DNA of 64,000 bases from Trichoplax sp. H2 (Eukaryota). A model generated the notes under the pieces. The model made no database searches and was not told the origin of the DNA. It saw only the letters and a list, made by a program, of their open reading frames with translations. This document shows positions 12,701 to 24,445 of the stretch, piece after piece. A program made the translations under genes and the position numbers. How positions within the stretch are numbered: position 1 is the stretch's first letter; every line of letters starts with the position of its first letter. The DNA lies in NCBI GenBank assembly GCA_003344405.1, contig NOWV01000144.1, positions 124,001 through 188,000 on the forward strand, read 5' to 3'.

Positions 12701-15700
12701 TGGTAATACTTTACTTTATAAACTCAAATCATAGTGTAATAAATTAGTTCTGATCAAAACCTTTGTTGGTACATCTACATCAGTATCTGCTTGGACGAGA
12801 ATTTTCAACATTTTCGCCTTTCCAGCTATCGCCCCAAAGTGACATGGTTTGTATCCGTCCTATTATTAAGACGGTCAGTTCATTAGAAATATATATGACG
12901 AACAATGACATTATGATACATCAGCTAATTCCTGCAATATCGATACACATGTATTTATCTGCTATATCATCAGCAATCTTTGCACATACCACAGGTATGT
13001 CTATTGTACTACTTACAAGATCTCCAAAGTCTACTTCCGTTACTCTACTTACATTAGTTTTTGCATTAGCAATGCAACCATTTTTTAAAAGCGATTCCAA
13101 AACTATCGGATCATCATTGCCATAGTAAAGCGCAACATGCAGTGCATTTAATCCAGCCTTAAATAATAACAAAAAATAAATAGGAAGTTTGCATTGAATT
13201 TAGCCTAGACCTAAACGATACCTAGTGATATTTTCACATGTATGTCTCAAAGTCTGAATCTGAAGTGCAAATTACGAAAAGATTACCAGTGACCATCTAT
13301 AGTAATGTTTAGTATATACTGTACATCTATCGAATCGGTTGGAGTTTAATGTATAGTTATAATTTAAAATACATGGTAAGATTTGCATCTATTACGAAAG
13401 AAGTTCAACACATTTATGTTGTGAAACGAATCGTTTTTGGTGTACGTTAATTGAGCAAAACGCTGCGATATTAGCTCTTCTAGAACAAAAAGTAATCAAA
13501 TTATAAGAGCAGTAGCTAAACTCGTAGAAAATAACTGTAGAATTACCTTAGTCATGGCAAGATAATCTATTGAAGTAGACCAACTATCAGCTGGTACTAA
13601 ATCCATAAATTGTGGTGAAAAGCTAACAGTCATAGCACTTTTGTATTTGTCAGCTAATTCACAATTAATTCCAGGTAGTCCAGCCAGGGCGATAACTCCC
13701 GCGAGTAAGCCAGCATTAACAGCTTTACGACTTGAAGTATTTCCTGCCTATATAGTTAGTAATATATAGCAGTTATTATAATACAGTATTTTCATGAACA
13801 GTCTCCTCTATTTTATCGACTGTATTACTTAAAGATTTTGATACCTTATTATCAATATTTAGCAAGGTATAAATGATTGCTTCACGGTTAAATAAGAGTG
13901 AAAAAATTATTGGAGAAGAACCTTTCTGTATTTTGGTAAGAAAGAAATATGAGGAATGCATCAATATGTAATGTGATTGCCAATATTAGACGCATACACT
14001 CATTGAATAAAAAACTTTAAGATAGATAAACTTCCAACGAATTACTGCATTATAAGCAACTACTTCATGTTAATTGTAATTTCTTACGTAAATATATTTA
14101 ACATAAAAATTAAATGTAATAATAGAATAAACAGATGAGTAAAACATTTAATTCATACAGCATTCCGAATATTCACGTCGGCACCAGCGTGGAGTAACAT
14201 TTGTACAATATCCATGCTACCAAGGCGAATTGCCCAATGCAGTAATGGAAGACCATTCTATATTGTCGACGAAAACGTACAGTAACAGTATTTATAAAGG
14301 TTCAGTAAAATAATATCTAACTTGCAAACCCTCGTTTTATTTGTTGTATTGAAAAAGTATCCAAATTATGACTATAAATTTTAGTTAATTCCTTGCAATT
14401 ACCGATTTCGTGTATTGTAAAAAGTAAAATTACATGCGTACACACAGACTATATTATTATAGTAAGAACTTTTCCTATTCTAGTAAAAAACAAAAACATA
14501 CCGTTGAATAATTATTATTATTGAAGCTTTAATCATATTATAATAACTTACTCTATAACGACATAGGATTATTATTGGTATCATAATAAACTATTTCAAC
14601 TATATGCATGTTCATGTAGCATAATTAGCCATTAATTACTTCACAATAATCACGATCTCGCTAATCGGTATACATATGTAGTAGGAAGAAATGTAACAGT
14701 AAATCCCATTATGGGTTGCAAAGTATATTAAAAAGGGTGATGACGAAATATTTACCGAATCTTTAGCATTGACGTCACCACCTTGTCCAACTAATACACG
14801 CACGGCTGCTATCAAATTCATATTCTGTGCAAAAGTTAAGAATTAAATACCCTTAGAGTTAGATATATTTTTATTAATACGGATGTCTATTTCGCGTTCA
14901 GTTGTTGGTATATATTTCAATTAATTATTAAAGCTTATATGCCTGTATTGAAATGGAGTAACACTTATTGACATGTAAAGTACTGCTAGCTTTGGTAACT
15001 GCATCATAAGGTGCATACACTGTAAATTAAAAGCACTATTTTTATCTACATCAACTTTCATTTCTTGATAGTTTATCGAACTATAACAGTATTATGATAT
15101 AAATTGGATGAGATTAATGCTGTAACAGCAGCAATTAAAATACCATTTTGAGATAATTTGAAGAGGAATTTAATGACAATACCCAAACTGCTATCAATTC
15201 GTAAAAAAACTAGTATAGTACATAAGATTCTGTAGTCATTCACCATAGCATGCGTATATTCCAATCGACGTTCGTTGGCTGAAGTCTGCGCGGCTGCATT
15301 ACTATCAGTTTCTGTAACATTTTTATTGTTTTTATCGGCTTCACGAGTAGCGGCGGATTGGTCAGTTTTCTTATTCTTATCTTCAGTAGGAGTGTTATCA
15401 TTATTACCAGCAGAACTTACTTTTTCCATGTCATTTGATTGCCTTCCATTCTTATTGGAATTAGCGTCTTCAAGTTGATCATTGCTTTTTATTGCTATAG
15501 ACATTGTGATTAGATCTCTTTTAAATATTATCTATAACAGTGATACAGTATTAACTGCCGCATTCAAATCTAAAATTTTACTTTTATTATATTTTATCAC
15601 AGTATAGGTACCTGATCTCTCTTCAGTATTTTCCGCCTTATCTTTAGTAACAATGTTATCATTACTAGCAGCAGAAGATTTATCTTCTGTTATATTTGCT

Positions 15701-17903
15701 TGTATTTCAGTGCTACCTGTATTTGAATTCTGAAGCTGACCTCCCTTTTGTGTCGTATCAGATACAGCATCAAGAGCTTTCTGATCATTTATTGTGGCTG
15801 CATTAGCATTGCTCGAGTTTAATTCTTGATCACACTTATTTTCTATTATAGCACTAGTACTTGACCTCTCTTCAGCTTTCTCTTTCGTTTCTTCGCCACT
15901 ATCTTCATTACTCTTAGTTGCAGGAAATAGTTTCTCTGTTCTATTTGCTTGTATTTCACTATCCTTGGAGTCTGAAAACTCTGGCTGATCTTTCTCTCCT
16001 AGTGATGCAGATGTGACGATAAGACCTCTTTGATTGTTATTCCAAGCATTATTAGCAAAGTGAAAACTATTGATTCTTGATTTTGACTGTAACTATTACC
16101 TGCTATGATTACTGCACTACTTTTTTCCTTCTTACCTTGGGTATTTATGCCATCATTCTTACTATCAGAGGATGTTCTTTCAGTTATACTTGCTTTGGCT
16201 TCCTTTGCATCTAAATCTAAATTCTTAATTTGATCGTCCTCTATTAAATTATTAGATGCGGTAGTTTGATTGAATTGATCTTTACTTGACACACTGGTAA
16301 GAGCATTCGAATCCAAGTCTTGGTTGTCATCCTCATTTTCTGTTGCAGTATTCTTTTTAATTGTTTTATCTTCATCACTAGTAACATCTACACTTTCCTT
16401 TTCAATTGCCTTAGTATTCTGCTCGGTCTTGGTAAGTTGCATTATATTAGCATGTTCATGATCAGCTGACTCTTCATTGGTTGTGCCGCTTAGCTCAGAA
16501 TTGGAATTATTTTCTAGAGTTGTTTGATTCTCTTGCGATGAAGATTGGTGATCATCAGCTGATTCATCATTGCGGGTAGACTTAGCACTTGCATCGTTAT
16601 CATCATCATCATCTACATCTGATGATATTTGATTGGAGTTTGCAGTAATAGTACGTGTTGCATCACGAGTTAACTGACGATGTTGTGATGGAGTTATAAT
16701 TTCCTCCTGATTGGAAGTAGGGAGAACTTGATCAGCCTGCTGAGTCAATCCTTGGGTCTCCTCCTGTAACGAAGAATCCTTCTGTGTTGCATTGATATCG
16801 TCGTCATTGTTATTATTTTTATCGATATTTATATCATTTGAGGCAAGTTGACTATTATGATCATCAGCTGATTCATCATTGCGGGTAGACTTAGCACTTG
16901 CATCGTTATCATCATCATCATCATCTACATCTGATGATATTTGATTGGAGTTTGCAGTAATAGTACGTGTTGCATCACGAGTTAACTGACGATGTTGTTG
17001 AGATAGAGTTATAACTTCCTCCTGATTGGAAGCAGGGAGAACTTGATCAGCCTGTTGAGTCAATCCTTGGGTCTCCTTTTGTAACGAAGAATCCTTCTGT
17101 GTTGCATTGATATCGTCGTCATTGTTATTGTTTTTATCGATATTTATATTATTTGAGGCAAGTTGATTATTAGATTGAGTGGGGTCATTTCTATCGGCTT
17201 CATGATTGCTTTGACTATCTTTCGCCGTTGGTTTAGTATCCGCTGTGTCAGGTATCACTTGCAACTTATCACGAACATGTTGATTATCGCCTTTCTTTTC
17301 GTTTTTAGTATCGTTCGTTTCTTGCTGTAATTGTGCAGTCTGACCTTGATTAGGATCAGATGATTGCTGTTGTTGGTTATCTTGACTAGAATTCTTGAGC
17401 CTTTCGTCAACATAACCCACTTTATTGATAGTTAACGCACTCTGATGTAACCTGTCCTTTTCGATTTGACTACTAGCATGGTTAACGGCATTTGATTCAT
17501 TGTAATTGTTATTATCATTATTATTATTATTGTTATTATTTTTATTATCATTTTTATTGCCATCATTCGATCGTATGAGAATATTGGAAAATTGACGTTG
17601 TAGTGATGGAGTTTTATCGTTTTTATTCTGATCGGATTGATTATCATCATGGGTGTTTTTACCAACAATGAGAGGTTGAATAGAATAGCAATCACTTCCA
17701 AATATCGTTTTAGCAATCAATCGAATAGTTTCTACAAATTCTTCTCCGCTACCTGTCTCCGCTGCATGCCATAATTGCTTCCGAAAAAGGTTTAAATCAT
17801 TCGATTGCGTATCATTTTGTGGTGAGGTAGAATTTTGAGCAGCATTTTGGCTTGAATTATTCTGACCAGGATCAGTCGTTGTTGTGGTCGTATTGGAAGC
17901 CAT
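9761..17903 (-). CDS. Low-complexity N-terminus + ankyrin repeats + C-terminal NEURL4-like ADP-ribosyltransferase-fold domain
   Basis: ATG at 17903. N/D/Q/S/T-rich exons span about 17903-15240. Ankyrin exons of ~99 nt follow (NGLPLLHWAIRLG..., AGLNALHVALYYG..., DGYKPCHFGAIAG..., KGYTSLYLAAARN..., TEGLTPLHVAAYK...), then A/N/K/T linker exons (~11680-11510, and from 10804). The C-terminus reads CFCQNC...RGKPPRRYAIPHGWVR...FHVAYHGT...FFTSPTIKY...LQVRQRPGSY...ETVGA...F.NDEVAC, as in the NEURL4 C-terminal domain. Splicing near 14830-15240 is unresolved. Confidence 0.8.
16549..17166 (-). repeat. Near-perfect in-frame tandem duplication (~300 bp x2) in coding exon
   Basis: The peptide QLASN(N/D)INIDKNNNNDDDINATQKDSSLQ...RDATRTITANSNQISSDVDDDDD(D)NDASAKSTRNDESADDH occurs twice with few substitutions. 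Confidence 0.95.
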
Positions 17904-19619
17904 CACGACTATTTTCTTTTACTCGTATATGACAAATGAGCAATCACCTGTAGCGATAGCCAATAAATTAATGCATCGACTCCGTCACAGTCATGAAATT
18001 GATACTTGTATCCAAGATATCGATCAATCATTAATTAATTGATTAATTTTAGATCTTACTTTACCTATCTGTGCCACTAAGTAGTAAGAGGCTGATGGTT
18101 GTGTGCTAGTATCACAGCTCTGGAGAAATGATATGAATCGATTTTAATGAGTTATTCGTCTCTTTGAGAAAGTGGTTAAGGACAGGATCCTCTAATTAAG
18201 TCTTTCTTGACGGCGCACTACCCACCTGCCGCTTGCCTGGACAGCAATTAGGATGTAGGGTCCCAATAGGATATTGAGTTGGGGCTGACCAGTACCGGCT
18301 GACAGATCGCTAAAAGAATGAATGCAGTATATCCAGTAGTGATAGGCTCCAATTGGCAATGTAGCAACTCTTGCAATGGACTACAGCAACGACTTAAAGT
18401 AGATCTAGCTCTACACCACCTTGATCGAAGATAATATGTCCTTTATCAATGTAAAATTACTATAAAAGTCCACAAATAGCCGATTCGACAGACTGAGAGA
18501 ATTGGCTAAATCACCATAGCGACTTGAACTGAGACTGCCGGACTGGTGTGGAGTCCAAGTGGATTTATAACCAGGACCTAACCCGGTCCGGTTCAGCCCT
18601 AGAGTCCATGACCGATCCGGTACTATAACGGACCGTGACGGTAATGAAGTGGTCCCGAATTTCCTGGCTAAGCGGGCACTTCGTGACCTCGAAGAAAAAG
18701 AAAGACAAAGAGATCTTTACCTCGTGACCTACGGCAAGCATGCCCATTGCCCAATTGCCTATGGTATGAACGATATTGCGCAGCTGCGCTCGAGGCATGG
18801 AAGGGAAAGGAATGACGTCATGCAAATGCAGTAGCAGGTAAAATTTAGCCTCCATTGGAAGAGAATTTTCCCTTTAATGGCAGCTCAGAATAAGAGCCTT
18901 TCTAGTTTCGCGATACCGCCGTAGCGAATGTATTCACCATTCCTATGTACGGGTAAAAATGCCACATTACGGTACTATAGGACAACACTACACTCATTAT
19001 GATTGTGTCATTTCTACTGTCCAATCAGTGTCGTATTCATTAATTGTTGACGTTGTCCAAACATGGACGTAAGTAGTAACTCCACTTAAGCTCATATACT
19101 GTCATAATCCACAATCAGCGATCAACAGATACTCGATTTTTATTATGCCCAGGTAGATATGATGCAGATAGAAATTCCCTTTGCAATACAGGAACTTAGC
19201 ATTTTCCTTCTTTCTTTTGCTTCCACAGTTTCCCCTTGGGTTCCGCGCCTAGAACGATAATTGAACTATTTATGATTGATTGATCACTGTTTTGCAATGA
19301 TCGACTGTACAAATGGGTAATTGTGTATTGGCCATTGCGGACGATGTACCTGTCATAGCGGTCTCGTATAACATTAATTAGTTACTGTCATCAATCAAAG
19401 GAAGTACGGAGTTGAGTCAGCTGATATTGGCTTTGCTTACAGTATAACAGAATGTCGTGTACAGTATACCAGTGATGAAATGGATATCGCGATTTAACCG
19501 GTGTTGACAACATAGCTCACCGATTAGATACGATATTGGCTTTACACATTTTGGGATGTTGTGCAGGACAGTAAGATAGACTATCTAATAAGGCTCCCAC
19601 ACATTTAGCAATATTACTC

Positions 19620-19962
19620 CGAACTCAGTAGAATCCATGGAGATGAAGTCTATAGTTGTATATCATACAAAAGTAACAAGCGAGTCAAGCTGGTATAGCT
19701 TAGGCTTTTGAAAGTTCAAAAATTTGCCATTTCCTATAGTAAGCCTATATTGTACAGTGTACCCGGACTACTAGATATTTCCTGGAAAATTTCTAGTAGT
19801 CCGTGATCTATCAAACAGGCTTACTAAAGTGCAGTAATTTGCAGCTGGAGTATGAGAAAGTTGAGCTATTGTTGAACTTTGAAAAGCCTAGGCCACACCA
19901 GTTTTATGTTGAGGTCATTTTTGGTGATAGATGGACATCGGACGTTGGACTCGACTGAGTCA
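19620..19962. repeat. Nested degenerate inverted repeat (fold-back, MITE-like)
   Basis: Arm pairs: aagctggtatagcttaggcttttgaaagttcaa (~19688-19720) with ttgaactttgaaaagcctaggccacaccagttt (~19872-19904); tagtaagcct with aggcttacta; outer actcagtagaatcca with tggactcgactgagt. Central hairpin CGGACTACTAGA...TCTAGTAGTCCG at 19764-19803. Confidence 0.75.
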
Positions 19963-20424
19963 GCAATTCCTGTATTGGCTCATCAGTGGTCTATTTCGTC
20001 GACTATTGTATACTCGTAAATACAGTAAGACACCATAATTCCATGTCATCATTCATTATTCATTCATCAATCAATGAATATTTGACCTCTCTTCCTTTGG
20101 GAATGGCCAACATCGACTTGGAAAGAGACAGGAAAGTGCGGCCAACTTTCCATCCTGTACTCATTATGATCCAAGTCATGATTGAATGCAGCAGTCTTGA
20201 CACATGTACCCTGTGCAATGCTGTAGACAGATTGTCTCTATAGATACCTATTTCTATATATTATTTTCAGATTGTACAAGCAGTAAAAGTCCAATCGATG
20301 CTTGACTTGGCATGGAAATTTCTCGAAATTTGGCAGCATGATCCAACACTTGACCATCTTCCATCATCGTCATCCATAGTCGGAATGGGGCCAATGATGC
20401 CTTGTGATTACGTCACACGATCCT

Positions 20425-20610
20425 ATTACAGTACATACTGTACCAGTGCAAAATACTGTAGTGTACTGTACATTGTACTGTACCGTACAAATATACTGTA
20501 CTGTACTGTACCAGTGCAAAATACTGTAGCATAGTCTGCACTGTACACTGTACATTATACGGTGTACAGTGTACAGTGTACAGTATACACTATACAGTAT
20601 ATAGATACAG
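20425..20610. repeat. TACAG/CTGTA-rich simple-sequence cluster immediately upstream of the TMEM33 ATG
   Basis: Dense tactgta/tacagta/gtacagt motifs ending ~45 nt before ATG 20656. Confidence 0.8.
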
Positions 20611-20655
20611 TGTCTCCACTCTACAACCTCCATAAAGTCGATCAGAATAGACAAC

Positions 20656-23600
20656 ATGTCGGAGAGTTCTTCTAGCCAACAGCAAGCCACCAGGCCGCAA
20701 TCTATGAAGGTAATAAACGACGATAGAGTAGTCATCATCCAATGCTTTTAGCCCATAGAGGATTATGACTTGAAAATTTTTGAAAGGAAGAATTGAAACT
20801 GCTATTTTCTGGTCTCCCCCCCCCGTTGATAGTGCTGTACTAAGTCATCAATCATGTCATTGATTTCCAATTTGTCTTTTTCGCTTTGCCCATGCCTCTG
20901 CTTGTACAGTTTGCCATTCGACGACTAAGCTATTCCATCCTTGGAATAAACGACAGAAAAAAGGATTGAACAAGTTCAATGGATGATGTATCCTCTTTGT
21001 AGTCTTATCAGTAGTGTCAATAGTCTCCCATTCCATTTCATCAAAGGGATTGACGATGGCTGCTCAACGATCATCAGCAGCATTTGCTTCTTTATTAGCT
21101 AGAGCATACAGAAATGATCATGCTGATGGATCATACTACACTAAAAACCATGCAGTCATCATGACGACTAATCGAAGGGATAGGATCCATCCTAAAATAA
21201 GCTAGTTCAATCACTCAAATAGTAGATAGTATCAATGTGCTGCCAGCGACATCACTACAGGATCATGGACGTGAAATGAATGGGATCCGCAAAGCGCTTT
21301 CCTTGTCTGTCCGACCAAACAAAGACGGATCGATCCCGATTGCGATAGCCTACATATTTTCTTCTCCACACCGACTGAAAGAATCAAAATCCTTCACTTG
21401 CACCCTATAAATGAGTAACTGTTGATATAACTTTTAGTATTAACTGCAGTGCTATAGCATTATACAACAATGACGATACTTGTACTCAATGATCAGCAAA
21501 CTAGTCATAGAGATACTAACCTATTCAATCGGCTCTATCCCCTTTCGATTTAGCGTAAATTACATTCCCTCACTTTTCAAGTTCTTTGCAATTTATACTG
21601 GTAGTCCTTATATCAACGTGGATCAAACTGTCTATTTCTAAATGATGGTCCTCAATCGTGCGTAGCTAAGGCCATCAAGTTAATGACGTTCCATAGACTT
21701 ATGAAAGAGATGCAATCGATAACTATCTATCGTAGCATCAACACTCTCAACCAGTCCAATTGTAGGATAGTATATACGTCCTGTCAGCAAATAGGATCAA
21801 AATTTCCATAAAATAAATGAGATCTATATGTATTTTAGCGGAGAAACAATCTTAATTCTCATATGGACTATATCCTAAAAATCCTTCAATTTGTATGGGC
21901 ATAGACACTACATAAATGAGCAACGAGGAGAATATCTTTGTTCACCACTCTAGTGTATTGCATAGTTCAATGCGTGATGGAACTGTATAGCTCTACTATC
22001 CACTATAGTCGAAACGACATGAAAGTGAAAATCAATCAATTCTGAATTAATCCCTTGTTCATTTACCTTCTTGGATAGGAATTTTTAACCCAGAATAAAT
22101 TGCAGACTTGTATGTGGATCTCCAGAATTGTAACAGTATGGAGTTGCATCTTTTATATTCTTCCTATTACTGGGTAAGTTATTGTAAACGTCGGAATTTT
22201 CTTTTGCATTTACTGTACTGTATACTCGCATATACTGTATATATATGAGCATAGAGAATAAGGCAATAAGAACAGAATCAACAAAATACTTCCATAATAA
22301 CGAAAAAACGATCGTAATTTTAGAAATAATGAGCAATAGTATCGCCATCAAATTCTCTAGACAGACACTCTAATAAAGAGAAAATGAATTTTTTACCTAT
22401 TCTACGCTAGAATTCAACTAGTACACTACAGAAGAGCAATAATGTGTGGTGCCATTACTTCCTCCATACGAACTTATCAACGTTCTCCGGTAATTAGAAC
22501 TAGCAATGTAATCACCGTGTATTGATGTACTTACCGATTGTAAGCCTTGCTATCCAAATTTTAAGTATCTGATGTGCCATCTTGTATGTTTATGAAAATT
22601 CACATCAGTTATGTTAAATCATTTAATGATCATGCAACGGGTATTTTGTGATAGTAGTGTACCTGTCCATAGTTCATCAACGTTCGTATTGTAGATTTCA
22701 TATTAAATTAAACGTTAATCCAATTTTAATTAACGAACCAAAAAATTGTGTGCATTAAACTATCAATTTTTATCTAGTATTCGTCCCTAGATTATCATGT
22801 AGTGGGTAAATATAGCCATTGAATTAATGAGATATGAGCGTACACACGAAGTAATCAATATTGCTAATGTTTACTGTCCAAAATCAATAATTCAATTTTG
22901 CTTTATAACTATTAAATAGATGTGTTGTAGTACTTCTACATGCTATTGTACGGTATATAGTTACTGTTTTTGTATTGTACCTCAAGTTTTCATCAACTTT
23001 AAAGTCCAGTCAATTAACATCATGAATGGGACGGGAGACCTTCATCATTTTATTTCATTCCTAACCTATCAAACGAAAGCTAGTATGATTGTATTCTTTC
23101 TGTAAGAGTCTTTGCAAATATCACGCGAATGCTTTAACCGACTTGTTCGAGAAGATAGCTTCTATTATCTTCTATTCTGTTTCTTTTTCATGTCTTCAAG
23201 TCTAGTCAATTTACATCAGTAATAGAACAGTGGCAGTCATCCTTTTATGTCATTTGAAACTGTTAAAATAAAGAGTAGTACGATTGTGTTATTTCTTTTT
23301 AGCCTTTTCAAATGTCACGCGAATACTTAAACCAACTTGTTCGAGAAGATAGCTTCCATTATCTTTTGTTCTGTTTCCTCTTTATGGCCCATATGCCGAT
23401 AACCCGTAAGTAAAAAGGTTACTAATAACTTGACCATTATTTGATTTACCATTTTGAATTTAAAATAGTTCATTTGTGCTTTTGTGTCTTTATCCGAGAG
23501 TAGTATTTTACACATTGGTAGACTATATATGCGCATGTATTTGCAATTGCATTAATAATAATTATAATATGAAAAGCGGTAACTTAAAGATTTTATCTGT

Positions 23601-24445
23601 TTCAGCTGTTTTATTTCCAGTTGGTATCTTTGCTCTATTACATGCTTGTACATTCACAACTACGCTATTAAACGTAAGCATCTCTTGAATATCTTGTATG
23701 GTCTCTTTTATATCATAAAATTTTCTAGAGCTATGATAACTTACTTTTGTCAGACTTTATAATGATTCACCCACTATTACTGACTCATACAATTATCTTC
23801 AAATTCATAGCTTACTAGCCCTGGATCATTCCAGTATGTATAATAGTACCTACTGTTGCTAACATTACATATCATTTGAAACTTAATCCTTACATTGTAC
23901 ATCCATTATCATCTAGGATGCTTCGTGGATTAACCAGTTACGTTCATCAAAAGCAACAAATGTTGATGATGTTTGCTGCGTCTACTGAAGTTATCTTGAT
24001 GCCCATGGTTATATTCCAATTGTTTTCGTATGTTATTCACTCGAAGGAGCTATATGATTATAAAGGATTATCTATTACTAGAATAACTATGCGATTCGAC
24101 ATCAAATGTAATTATGATAATCTGTAATTAAAATCTTTTTTCAGTGGTGGTGGCAGTATTTTGCTACCTTTCGTCTATTACAGATTTCTTTGTATGCGCT
24201 ATACTTCACAAAGAAATCCATATTCTAGGTTTGTACCTTAGCTACTACTACTTTTAATGACCTAATGCTGCAGATAGTGTCCACCTCTACTAACTATCAT
24301 TTCATCTATGTGATCATTTATTAGGCAAGTTTTCTATCAATACCGTTTGGCCATAGAGTATCTAACTTCCCGACCAAGTTGCCCTGCATTCCTTAGGACC
24401 TTTGGATATCGATTTATAAACTTTGTAAACAAGTTATGCCCATAA
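20656..24445 (+). CDS. TMEM33: Transmembrane protein 33 (Pom33/TMEM33 family)
   Basis: Exons: 20656-20709 (MSESSSSQQQATRPQSMK), 22079-22173 (EFLTQNKLQTCMWISRIVTVWSCIFYILPITG), 22411-22489 (HYRRAIMCGAITSSIRTYQRSP), ~23303-23405 (FQMSREYLNQLVREDSFHYLLFC), ~23606-23672 (LFPVGIFALLHA), 23811-23833, ~23917-24027 (FAASTEVILMP), ~24144-24228 (LLPFVYYRFLCMRYTSQRNPY) and ~24325-24445 (PSCPAFLR...LCP*). The EDS.HYL and YYRFL..RY...RNPY hallmarks are present. Confidence 0.92.
23107..23210 (+). other. Tandem duplicate of a TMEM33 exon (alternative exon or pseudoexon)
   Basis: SLQISRECFNRLVREDSFYYLLFCFFFMSS is an open, in-phase paralog of the adjacent exon PFQMSREYLNQLVREDSFHYLLFCFLFMAH. The acceptor AG is present; the canonical donor at the equivalent position is absent. 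Confidence 0.8.

Noticed and set aside
9761-14830. Calling the ankyrin-ART gene tankyrase or NEURL4
   Set aside because: It has no SAM domain or tankyrase-type catalytic motifs and no NHR repeats, so neither symbol is justified.
18170-18860. GC-richer segment with short ORFs and possible hairpins as an ncRNA or small gene
   Set aside because: No recognisable RNA family or protein. A donor near 18064 and an acceptor near 17948 suggest 5'UTR/promoter of the ankyrin-ART gene.
18857-19180. NF-kB-like sites (GGGAAAATTCTC, GGGAATTTCT on the minus strand)
   Set aside because: They do not fully match GGGRNNYYCC; too weak to call.
22085-22351. Minus-strand 88-aa hydrophobic ORF
   Set aside because: Antisense to a well-supported TMEM33 exon and its intron.
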